This document shows, piece after piece, positions 1-8,529 of a DNA stretch of 64,000 nt (within the stretch, counting starts at the first letter, position 1; each line of letters begins with the position of its first letter). The notes beneath the pieces were generated by a model. It was given only the letters and a program-made list of their open reading frames with translations, was not told the origin of the DNA and did not search any database. This DNA is from Tepidisphaera sp. Lineage in GTDB: Bacteria; Planctomycetota; Phycisphaerae; Phycisphaerales; UBA1924. Location of the stretch: contig CP051526.1 of assembly GCA_050916045.1 (NCBI GenBank), forward strand, positions 2,336,001-2,400,000. The letters run 5' to 3'. A program made the translations under genes and the position numbers.

Positions 1-1
1 G

Positions 2-595
2 GCCGAACGACAGACGGTTCATCCCGAGCCCGACCCCGACCTTCCCGGCATTCTTGCGCGGGCGGCGGCGGGCGATGAGTCCGCCTGGAGGAAGCTGATC
101 GATCTCTTCTCCCGCCGGGTCTTTGCCCTTGCCAAAAGCCGGTGCAGGGACACCGGCCTGGCCGAGGAGATCACGCAGTCGGTCTTCGCCACGGTGGCTT
201 CCAAGCTGCCGACGGGCGAGTACGCGGAGCAGGGGAAGTTTGAATCGTGGATTTTCCGGGTCACGATGAACCGGCTTCGGGATGAGATGCGACGGGTTCG
301 GCGGCACGCATCGCCGACGGATCCGGAGGGGTTTGCTTCGATGCCGGCGGCGGACGGCCCCAGCCCGAGGGAGCTTTCCCCCGAACTGGTCCGGCTCCGG
401 GACGCGATGGACGGTCTGGCCCCTGCGGACCGGGAGATCGTGGAACTCCGGCATCACGGAGGGCTCTCATTCAAGCAGCTCTCCGAACTGCTGAACGAAC
501 CGCTTGGTACGCTACTGGCGCGACATCACAGGGCGCTGAAGAAACTGCAGAGCATTCTGTCGGCATCGCAGGACGCCGAGACACCACTGGCCTGA
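2..595 (+). CDS. ECF-type RNA polymerase sigma-70 factor (5' truncated by window)
   Basis: Frame is open from nt 2: LARAAAGDESAWRKL...AEEITQSVF...FESWIFRVTMNRLRDEMRR (region 2) and LAPADREIVELRH..GLSFKQLSELLNEPLGT (region 4). Confidence 0.9.
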   Translation, partial: AERQTVHPEPDPDLPGILARAAAGDESAWRKLIDLFSRRVFALAKSRCRDTGLAEEITQSVFATVASKLPTGEYAEQGKFESWIFRVTMNRLRDEMRRVRRHASPTDPEGFASMPAADGPSPRELSPELVRLRDAMDGLAPADREIVELRHHGGLSFKQLSELLNEPLGTLLARHHRALKKLQSILSASQDAETPLA

Positions 596-628
596 GAGAA
601 AGACGAACGACCCACTGACGGGTGAACC

Positions 629-1309
629 ATGACCAACCACGGCAACCATCAAGAGAACGACGCGCTCCCGCCCGAACTGGCCGCGCTGGCAAGCGACCTG
701 GACCGGCTCGCGGCCCATGACGCAGGCTCGGCGGACGCTTCGCTCGCCGACCGGATCTTCATGAAGACGCGGTCCGCGGTCCTTCACGAGGGCATGACCC
801 CCGCCGTGCGCAAGGTCAACGACGACATGGCCGCGATGGGCGCCCACGAGCGGCGTTCGGCCGTCGCGGGCCTTGAGCAGCGTGTCTTTGACGCGACGGT
901 CCACCACCTCCGCGAGCCCGAAGCACCGGCCGTCATCGCCACCATCGGCATGCACCGCTGGTTCAGCCGCGTCGCGATTGCCGCTGGCCTGGCCATCGCG
1001 GCCGCGGGCGTCTGGATGGTCATGAACAACCAGGCCGGCCCCACGACCGGCGGGAACCAGCCCATCGCCACGGACACGACCTCGGGCACGAACCCCGCGC
1101 CGGTCGTCGCCGTCGATTCGGACCCGAAAGACCCCATCAAGTCCAACACCACCGAGCTTGAAGCCGTTCTTGCAAGCTCGGAAGCCGAAGATTCCTTCGT
1201 CGCCCTCTTCGCCATCGGCGACGACCTGCGGTCGGACATCAAAGCCGTCGCGACCGAAGCCGAGCGCGTCGAGAAAGCCCTCGGCGGAGAACTGAGCACG
1301 GGAGGCTGA
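629..1309 (+). CDS. Putative membrane-anchored anti-sigma factor
   Basis: Directly downstream of the ECF gene; single TM helix (RVAIAAGLAIAAAGVWMV) after a cytoplasmic N-terminus. Confidence 0.65.
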   Translation: MTNHGNHQENDALPPELAALASDLDRLAAHDAGSADASLADRIFMKTRSAVLHEGMTPAVRKVNDDMAAMGAHERRSAVAGLEQRVFDATVHHLREPEAPAVIATIGMHRWFSRVAIAAGLAIAAAGVWMVMNNQAGPTTGGNQPIATDTTSGTNPAPVVAVDSDPKDPIKSNTTELEAVLASSEAEDSFVALFAIGDDLRSDIKAVATEAERVEKALGGELSTGG

Positions 1310-1310
1310 T

Positions 1311-2288
1311 ATGCGGATCCGGAGTCATCTCATCTCGTGCGGAACCGGCGTGGTCGCCGGCGTCCTCCTCGTCGCCGGCCTCGCGATGCAGCCCGAACGC
1401 GGCCCCGCTTCGCCCGATCGCCCCGGCAGCCGCCAGCCCGACCGTCGCCCGGATCAGCGTCCGCAGCGCCCCGGTGATCGCGAACGCCCCGAGCAGGGAC
1501 CGCCGTGGGGCCCGGAAGTCGGCCCCGCCGGTGAAGGCCCCGACGGCCGTCCGGGCGACGGCCGTCCCCCCTTCGATCGTGACCGCGCCATCAAACGCCT
1601 CGAGGAAAGGCTCGCATCCCTCGACCGCCAGAAAGCCCTCGTCAATCGCGTCCTCGAACGCCTTCGCGGCGGGGAAGCCCTCGAGAGCATGGGCGGCGAA
1701 CTGCTCGAAGCCCTCCGCGGGCAGGGCGGTGGTGGCGCCGGCGGTGGCGAACCTCCGCGCGGCGCCGGCGGAGAGGAACGCGAGTTCCGCCGCCTCGTCA
1801 GCGAGTTCGACCCCAAGCTCGTCGAACGCATGGACCAATTCAGGGAGCGGCACCCGCTCGGCGGTCGCGTCCTCGTCATGCTGATGCCGCGCATCCAGGA
1901 AGTCGTCAGGGCCAAAGCTCAGGACCCCGTGCTCTTTGACCTCTACAAATCGCAGATCGCCGGCGGCCTCGAGGTCGGCGAATTCGCCATGGCCTACCTC
2001 GACCATGTCCGCGCGGGCAAGCTCGAGACCGACGAAGCCAAAGCCGCTCGCGCTTCGCTGAAGGATGCCTATCTCAAGCAGTTTGAGACCAGGCGCAAGC
2101 TTCAGGAACGCGACATCACCGCGCTCAACAAGAAGATCGAGGAGTTGCAGGCCCGCGTCAACGAGACCGCCGATCAGCGGGCCGCTTCGGCGGACGCGTT
2201 CATCGACCGCCTCGCCCGCCAGGCCACCGAGCTTCGCCGCGAGCGCGAAGGCCGTGGCGAGCCGCGCAATGAGCCGGCTCCTCGCTGA
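1311..2288 (+). CDS. Exported helical/coiled-coil protein with Pro/Gly/Arg-rich linker
   Basis: N-terminal hydrophobic segment, GGAGG RBS, starts 1 nt after the previous stop. Confidence 0.7.
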   Translation: MRIRSHLISCGTGVVAGVLLVAGLAMQPERGPASPDRPGSRQPDRRPDQRPQRPGDRERPEQGPPWGPEVGPAGEGPDGRPGDGRPPFDRDRAIKRLEERLASLDRQKALVNRVLERLRGGEALESMGGELLEALRGQGGGGAGGGEPPRGAGGEEREFRRLVSEFDPKLVERMDQFRERHPLGGRVLVMLMPRIQEVVRAKAQDPVLFDLYKSQIAGGLEVGEFAMAYLDHVRAGKLETDEAKAARASLKDAYLKQFETRRKLQERDITALNKKIEELQARVNETADQRAASADAFIDRLARQATELRREREGRGEPRNEPAPR

Positions 2289-2363
2289 GTCCGCGCCGGC
2301 TTCTCGCTTGGTCAAACCTCGCTTGGTCAAGCCTCGCGTGCCTCACCGCGTTCGATGAGCGGC

Positions 2364-2804
2364 TCAGAGCTTTTCTTTGGCTTTGGCGACCGCGTCCTCG
2401 GCTTCCTTGACCGCCTGCCGAAGCTGCTCGGTCTCGGTGCCGTCATCCGCGGCCGTGCTGGATTCGAACTTCTCCGCCAGGTCGCGGGCTTTCTTGATCT
2501 TGGCTTCGGCGGCTTGGACAAGCGTGGCGACCGTCTCGGACTGTCCGCGGCCCTTCATGGCTTCGACGGACTCGGTGAGCTGCTCCAAGCGGACCTTGGC
2601 GTTGAGGACGGCGGACTCGCGCGAGTCGCCGCCGCGGCTGATGGATTCGCGCGTGTCCTTGGCGGACTTGACGGCCTTTCCGAGGACGCTCTTGGGAGCG
2701 TCGATGGTGACCGTGCCGCCCCCGGTGGGCGTGCTGTTGGTGTTGTCGCAGCCAGCGATCAGCAGCGATGCGGTCAGAACGGCGGCGAGGCAAGCGGATT
2801 TCAT
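2364..2804 (-). CDS. Hypothetical lipoprotein
   Basis: MKSACLAAVLTASLLIAGC lipobox, helical C-terminus. Confidence 0.7.
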   Translation of the reverse strand: MKSACLAAVLTASLLIAGCDNTNSTPTGGGTVTIDAPKSVLGKAVKSAKDTRESISRGGDSRESAVLNAKVRLEQLTESVEAMKGRGQSETVATLVQAAEAKIKKARDLAEKFESSTAADDGTETEQLRQAVKEAEDAVAKAKEKL

Positions 2805-2820
2805 CGCGGTGCTCCCATGC

Positions 2821-4293
2821 TCAGAACGGCGAAGGCCCGAACGAGACGGATCGTACGGACGGAGACTGAGCAAGGTGGGAAGGAACGTCCCGGATGTCTT
2901 CAGCCCTGACCACGATGATCTGCACCTCGCCCTCACCGGGAGGGGGGCCCCAGAAGTGGAGCACGATCTTGCGGTAGGCCCAGAACCCGATGGGTACGAA
3001 CCCGCCGCCCGCGAGCACGAACACCGTGCTCAGATTCCAGTCGCGGTACTTGTGCATCAGATACGCGACGACGCCGAGCACGCCCCAGAAGCCGACCACC
3101 ACCGGCGGAACCAGCCAGACGCTCGTCTTGTTCGCGATCTCGTCGGTCTTGTCCTGAAGGAACTTGAGCTTCTGAAGCAGGCCGCGGGCCCACGCGAACT
3201 CCGAAGCCAGGATCGCGATGCCGATTGGCGCCAGGATCGTGAACCCCGGGCCGGGAAGCGGCCCCAGCACGATCGCGCCGATGAGGACGAGGGTGCCCGC
3301 GACAAGGATCGCGAGCTTGCGCAGGTTGCGGCGCGTCGCGGCGATCGCTTCGGCTGCGTCCTGGATCGGGGCCGGCAGGTCCGCGTTCAGGTTCGGATGC
3401 CGCTTCATGTGCGGAATCGAAGCGAGCACGCTCACAGCCAGGACGCCGATGACCGATCCGACGGTGATCGCCGTCGGCAGGAGCGTGTCGCCGAAGAACG
3501 CGATCTTGACCGCGAGGCCGACGAGAATGACGACGACGCCGAGCTTGAGGTAGCGGATCCGCGCGATGACGCTCTGGAGTGAGAAGTACATCGAACGCAG
3601 AGCCAGAACGGCCATGACGTTCGAGGTCAGGGCGATCAGCGGGTCCCGGGTCACGCTGAACACCGCCGGCACCGAGTCGAGGGCGAACGAGAAGTCCGCC
3701 GCGACCGCGACCGCCACCACCGACGCGACGTTGCGATTCTGCCCGAAAGCCCGCCGGGCGGACCGCACCAGAGGCCGATCCTCCAGCGCCGCCGGCCGAT
3801 CGGGAAGGACGAACGCGCGGAACGCGCCGATCAGAAGCAGCCCCACGAACACCCACCGCGTCCATTCGAACGTCAGGATCGACGCCCCAACCGCCACCAT
3901 CGCGCCCCGCGCGATCAAGCAGCCCAGAAGCACCCAGAAAAGCACGCGCCCCCGGTGCTCGTGCGGAATCTGAAAGTGCGCGAAGAGCAGCACGAGGACC
4001 ACGATGTTGTCCAGGCTGAGAGCGACCTCGATCGAGTACGCCGTCAGGTACTGAAGCAGAGCATCCAGAGCGTCGGGCTCCCGGCGCAGCGGGTCCGTGA
4101 GCGCGATCCACTCGGCGTCATAGGCCCGAAAGAGGAGCATGCCCACGCCGATGGCCGCGACGATCCATATCTGCGTCGAGAGGGCCGCTTCCGTCGTCGT
4201 CACCGGGCGGGGCCGGCGCGTGAGAAGCCCCAGGTCCAGAATGACCAGGAAGAGAACAAGGGTGAGAAATCCGGCGACGATCCAGAAGGTCAT
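2821..4293 (-). CDS. TerC/Alx family membrane protein fused to a PGPGW-like domain
   Basis: YSIEVALSLDN, DFSFALDSVPA and SNVMAVLALRSMYF motifs; C-terminal LGPLPGPGF..LASEFAWAR. Confidence 0.85.
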   Translation of the reverse strand: MTFWIVAGFLTLVLFLVILDLGLLTRRPRPVTTTEAALSTQIWIVAAIGVGMLLFRAYDAEWIALTDPLRREPDALDALLQYLTAYSIEVALSLDNIVVLVLLFAHFQIPHEHRGRVLFWVLLGCLIARGAMVAVGASILTFEWTRWVFVGLLLIGAFRAFVLPDRPAALEDRPLVRSARRAFGQNRNVASVVAVAVAADFSFALDSVPAVFSVTRDPLIALTSNVMAVLALRSMYFSLQSVIARIRYLKLGVVVILVGLAVKIAFFGDTLLPTAITVGSVIGVLAVSVLASIPHMKRHPNLNADLPAPIQDAAEAIAATRRNLRKLAILVAGTLVLIGAIVLGPLPGPGFTILAPIGIAILASEFAWARGLLQKLKFLQDKTDEIANKTSVWLVPPVVVGFWGVLGVVAYLMHKYRDWNLSTVFVLAGGGFVPIGFWAYRKIVLHFWGPPPGEGEVQIIVVRAEDIRDVPSHLAQSPSVRSVSFGPSPF

Positions 4294-4580
4294 GGCGTTT
4301 GGAGCTCGCGGACGGCCCCCACACGGGGCGGAGTCCTGACGGCGCGGGAGAGTAGCCGTCGGGCCCTGCTGTTCTTTGGGAAGAGACGAAAGTCTGTTGA
4401 AACAACGATCCGCCGATTGTGCTTTGTTCGGTATCGCACCGGCTTTCGATCCGGGGTATGCTCTGCCCGTCCGTCGTGCGACCCCGGGTGGGGTCGGTGT
4501 CGGAAGAGATCGCGGCGCGGAACGGCCCGAGTTCAGCCGCGATTGAGAAACACAAGCAAGATCGGGCGGGATCGATGCAG

Positions 4581-5012
4581 ATGAAGAAGTTGTACGTCGG
4601 GAATCTGCCCTTCAACACCACCGAAGACGACCTGCGTGAGCTTTTCAGCGCTCACGGCGAAGTGACCTCCGCTTCGATCGTCATGGATCGTGAGACGGGC
4701 CGGTCGCGCGGATTCGGGTTCGTCGAGATGGCGAATGACGCGGACGCGACCAACGCGATCAACGCGGTGAACGGCCAGCAGCTCGGCGGGCGGGCGCTGC
4801 AGGTGAACGAAGCGCGGCCGAAGACCGAGGGCGGCGGCCGCGGGTTCGGCGGCGGCGGCGGTGGTCGCGGCGGCTTTGGCGGCGGTGGCGGTGGCGGCGG
4901 CGGCCGCGGGTTCGGTGGTGGCGGCGGCGGTGGTGGTGGTTTCGGCGGCGGTGGTCGTGGCGGAGACCGCGGCGATCGCGGCAGCCGTGGCGATCGCGGC
5001 GGCGGCTGGTAA
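4581..5012 (+). CDS. RRM RNA-binding protein with Gly/Arg-rich tail
   Basis: RNP2 LYVGNL, RNP1 RGFGFVEM, VNEARP, GGRGFGGG repeats. Confidence 0.93.
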   Translation: MKKLYVGNLPFNTTEDDLRELFSAHGEVTSASIVMDRETGRSRGFGFVEMANDADATNAINAVNGQQLGGRALQVNEARPKTEGGGRGFGGGGGGRGGFGGGGGGGGGRGFGGGGGGGGGFGGGGRGGDRGDRGSRGDRGGGW

Positions 5013-5039
5013 TTCAGCTCCAAACCTGCTCTCAAAATC

Positions 5040-5075
5040 AAAAACGCGCCGCCGCGAGAGCGACGGGGCGTTTTT
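5040..5075. terminator. Probable bidirectional intrinsic terminator
   Basis: AAAACGC-GCCGCCGC GAGA GCGACGG-GGCGTTTTT hairpin between convergent genes. Confidence 0.7.
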
Positions 5076-5106
5076 CATTGCGTTGCCGGCTGCGAAGCCG
5101 GATCGG

Positions 5107-5925
5107 TTACTTCTGATCCTTGAGCTTGAGGAGCAGGCGGAGCACCTCGACGTAAAGCCACGCGAGGGTCATCAGCAGGCCCAGAGCGCCGAACCACTCC
5201 ATCCACTTCGGGGCGCCGGCCTGGGCAGTCTCCTCGATGTTCTGGAAGTCCAGCACGAGGTTGGCCGCGGCGAGCACAACCACCAGCGCCGAGAAGCCGA
5301 TGCCGATCGGGCCCGAGTTGTGGATGAACCCGATGTTCACGCCGAAGAGGCCCAGCACGAACGTCGCGAGGTAGAACAAGCACAAGCCGAGCGTGGCCGC
5401 GATGATGCCGCGCTTCCACGCCCCGGAAAGGCGGATGATCCGCGTCGTGTAGGCGAGAAGCAGGGCGATAAAGATGCCAAAGGTCAGGAAGACGGCTTGG
5501 AAGACAAGCGCCAGGCCCGCACCCGTGGCGACCTGCCCCTTGGCGGCAAGCTTGGCTTCGAGGACGCCCGCGAGCACGAAGGAAATGCCCGCCAGCGCGG
5601 GGCCCTTGACCAAGGCATAGACCCACGCGAGCCACGGGGTGGTGCGCGGAGCGAAGATCATCACGAGGCTGAGGACGAACGCCGCAAGCGAGCCGCCGAC
5701 AAGCGGGATCGCGGGGGAGATCGTCTTGTTGGTGATGAAATGCCAGGTCGAGACCGCCGCGGCGGCCGTGAGCCCGATGAGGAAGAAGGACTTGTTGACG
5801 ACGCCCTGAACGGTCATCGTGCCTTCACGCGAGGCTTCCATGCCGGAGGCGAAGGGATCGGAAAGGCCTTGGCCACCGCTCTGGAAAGCCTGGCTGGAAA
5901 GAACCGGGTTCGAAGTTCGGAACAT
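5107..5925 (-). CDS. Bax inhibitor-1/YccA-like membrane protein
   Basis: MFRTSNPVL, MTVQGVVNKS, LVLDF..IE...GAPKWMEW, WLYVEVLRLL. Confidence 0.9.
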   Translation of the reverse strand: MFRTSNPVLSSQAFQSGGQGLSDPFASGMEASREGTMTVQGVVNKSFFLIGLTAAAAVSTWHFITNKTISPAIPLVGGSLAAFVLSLVMIFAPRTTPWLAWVYALVKGPALAGISFVLAGVLEAKLAAKGQVATGAGLALVFQAVFLTFGIFIALLLAYTTRIIRLSGAWKRGIIAATLGLCLFYLATFVLGLFGVNIGFIHNSGPIGIGFSALVVVLAAANLVLDFQNIEETAQAGAPKWMEWFGALGLLMTLAWLYVEVLRLLLKLKDQK

Positions 5926-5964
5926 GAGCACCTCCACTTGTGTGCGCATCCAATGCGCCGCTGA

Positions 5965-7314
5965 TCATACTCGTCTGGACGCAGTTTGTTCGTGAAGCGG
6001 CGTGTCCGATTCCGCCTGATTCGGTGGGATCCCTGCGGAGTCCGACTGTGGCGGAGGTCCGACTTTCGTTGGACCGGAACGGACGCCAAGCATCTGCCAC
6101 GCCGCCCAGATCAGGGAAAGAGAGGCGATGATCAGCGGCCAGGTGAAACTGCCGGTCACCACGTAGAGGTAGACCCCGACCACTTGGAAGACCGCTCCCC
6201 GGATGCCCACGAGCGTCGCATGAATCGCGACGTACTGGGGGACCCGGGCCGGCGTGGGTGCCAGCGACACCGGGCCGAGCATCCAACCCGCGCTCACCCC
6301 CGCGTGGGTCACGCCGTAGAAAAGCGAAGCCCACGCGAGATGCTGCTCGGTCTGGGTGAACACCAGCAAGACGGGGTATGCCGCAAGGGCCAGAAACGCG
6401 AGAGAGGTCGCTCGCGCCGCGCCGAATCGGTCCAGGAGCAGGCCCGCCGGGATCATGCACAGGCCGATCGTGAGCTGGTAGCTCATGTACCCGGCGGACG
6501 CCGTCGCGTGATAGTCGAGCTTGAGTCGTTCGGTCGCGAGGATCGGGAGCAGCGCGTTGCAGATCATCCATCCGACGCCGTAGGTCATGAACGCGGCTTC
6601 GTAGCGGGCAAAGCGTCGGTCGGCAGCGAGGGCTTCTCGCATATGGAGCAGCGGTTCGACCGCGGCCCGCAGCGCCGAGGCAAGCCCTGCTTGCGTCCGC
6701 GTGCGGCGGTGGCGCAGGGACTCGATGCCCGTGGATGTCGCCAGACGCCAGAGGATCAGCACCCCCACCGCTTGAACCCCGGCGGCCAGCGGGAGGAATG
6801 TGCGGAACGACTCTGAATCGCGCTCGAGCCACGTGCCGATCCCGTGGGTGAAGCCGGCCGCGCTCAGCATGCTGACGGTCTGAATCACGCCGTAGATCCG
6901 GCCGCGGATCGAGTCGGGATAAAGCCTCTTGAGCAGTTCCCCCGACGCAGGGTGGTACGCCGACAGGCCGACGGACCCAATGACCCAGCACACGGCGAGG
7001 CCGGCGAACCCGGTGCTCAGCGCCGCAAGCCCAACGGGCAGGCACGCGACCATCCAATAGACCAGCCAGAAACGGCCGAGCGGCGACCGCTCGAAGATCG
7101 CGTTCCAGAAGATCGAGAGCGCGAACAGGACCACCTGCGCCGCGGTGAGGATGACCGACTGCCGCGCATCGGCGGAGAAGTGCTTGATCGCGATGATCGG
7201 GATCATCGCCGCGATCGCGAACTGGGTCGCTTGCACCATCACAGCGCCCGCGATGTGGATCGGGAGGACCGAGAGGGTGCGGAACGGCGGCGACGAAACG
7301 ACGGGATCGGGCAC
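5965..7314 (-). CDS. MFS transporter
   Basis: About 12 hydrophobic segments, YPDSIRGR and GLLLDRFG motifs; GTG start inferred (the track ORF extends into the antisense shadow of the radical SAM gene). Confidence 0.8.
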   Translation of the reverse strand: MPDPVVSSPPFRTLSVLPIHIAGAVMVQATQFAIAAMIPIIAIKHFSADARQSVILTAAQVVLFALSIFWNAIFERSPLGRFWLVYWMVACLPVGLAALSTGFAGLAVCWVIGSVGLSAYHPASGELLKRLYPDSIRGRIYGVIQTVSMLSAAGFTHGIGTWLERDSESFRTFLPLAAGVQAVGVLILWRLATSTGIESLRHRRTRTQAGLASALRAAVEPLLHMREALAADRRFARYEAAFMTYGVGWMICNALLPILATERLKLDYHATASAGYMSYQLTIGLCMIPAGLLLDRFGAARATSLAFLALAAYPVLLVFTQTEQHLAWASLFYGVTHAGVSAGWMLGPVSLAPTPARVPQYVAIHATLVGIRGAVFQVVGVYLYVVTGSFTWPLIIASLSLIWAAWQMLGVRSGPTKVGPPPQSDSAGIPPNQAESDTPLHEQTASRRV

Positions 7315-7371
7315 GCCGGAGCGTAGCCGGGTGGGGACTTGATCGGGTCTTTGTTTGGTATATGATTGGTC

Positions 7372-8520
7372 ATGCCCCGCGTCGAACGCGACGAATTTGT
7401 CGAGCCGGACCCGCCCTCCGGCGAGGTGGCCGACGGGATCGCGCACGGGGTGGCCAAGGGAAGGGGTGCGGGGCTCAACCCTGGAAACCGGTTCGAGACC
7501 ATCCGGCTTCACGTGCTGGGCGAAGAGCGCGACCGCGTGCGGACGGAGGAGGAGCCGTCCGCACGCGTCGTGACCCGCGTCGAGCCTGACACCACACGGT
7601 CCATCATCAACGAGGTGGATTCGCCGGATCTGTCGTTCTCGTGGACGCTCAACCCCTACCGCGGCTGCGAGCACGGGTGCGTCTACTGCTACGCCCGGCC
7701 GGGGCACGAATACCTCGGGATGTCGTGCGGGCTGGATTTCGAGACGCGGATCATGGCCAAGCACGACGCTCCGGCCCTCTTCCGCAAGCATCTGGCGTCG
7801 AGGTCTTGGCAGGGCGAACCGATCATGATGTCGGGCGTGACGGACCCGTACCAGCCGGTTGAGCGCGAGCTTGGGATCACGCGGGCGTGCCTCGAGGTTG
7901 CGGTCGAGTGCCGCCAGCCGGTCTCGATCATCACGAAGAACCGGCTGGTGACGCGGGATCTGGACCTGCTTCGCAGGCTCCATGAGCACCGGGCGTGCGC
8001 GGTGGCGATCAGTCTGACGAGCTTGGACAACGAGCTGGCGTCCAAGATGGAGCCTCGAGCGTCGTCGCCCTCGGCACGCCTCGAAGCGATCCGCGAGATC
8101 TCGCAAGCGGGAATCCCGGTCACCGTGATGACGGCGCCCATGATCCCGGGACTGAACGACCATGAGCTGCCGGCTCTGCTCGAAGCGGCTTCCAAAGCCG
8201 GGGCGACCAGCGCCGGATACGTCCTGCTTCGGCTGCCGCACCAGATCAAAGCGTTGTTTCTTGAGTGGCTCGCACGCCATGTGCCGGCCCGGGCGGCGAA
8301 GGTCGAGAGCCTGCTGAGACAGACGCGAGACGGAGACCTGTACGAATCGTCGTGGGGAACGCGGCTGAAGGGGCGGGGGCCGATCGCGGCGCGGATCCGC
8401 ACATGCTTTGACGTCTTCGCCAAGCGGCACGGTCTGGACGGGCGGAGGCAGTCGCTGAACTCGTCGGCGTTCCTCAAGCCGCGTGAAGACCGATCGCAGG
8501 GTCTGCTCTTCGGGGACTAA
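7372..8520 (+). CDS. Radical SAM protein, PA0069/Rv2578c family
   Basis: GRGA..NP.NRFE, NPYRGCEHGCVYCYARP (CxxxCxxC), TDPYQP. Confidence 0.93.
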   Translation: MPRVERDEFVEPDPPSGEVADGIAHGVAKGRGAGLNPGNRFETIRLHVLGEERDRVRTEEEPSARVVTRVEPDTTRSIINEVDSPDLSFSWTLNPYRGCEHGCVYCYARPGHEYLGMSCGLDFETRIMAKHDAPALFRKHLASRSWQGEPIMMSGVTDPYQPVERELGITRACLEVAVECRQPVSIITKNRLVTRDLDLLRRLHEHRACAVAISLTSLDNELASKMEPRASSPSARLEAIREISQAGIPVTVMTAPMIPGLNDHELPALLEAASKAGATSAGYVLLRLPHQIKALFLEWLARHVPARAAKVESLLRQTRDGDLYESSWGTRLKGRGPIAARIRTCFDVFAKRHGLDGRRQSLNSSAFLKPREDRSQGLLFGD

Positions 8521-8529
8521 ACGAGGGAC

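Noticed and set aside
2303..2337. 15-bp tandem duplication CTCGCTTGGTCAA.C
   Set aside because: Short intergenic slippage repeat with no further evidence of function.
4346..4356. GGGAGAGTAGC as a second yybP-ykoY riboswitch for the first TerC
   Set aside because: Wrong strand for that gene and the other conserved motifs are missing.
7315..8430. N-terminal extension of the 821-aa minus ORF
   Set aside because: Antisense shadow of the radical SAM gene; the real MFS starts near 7314.
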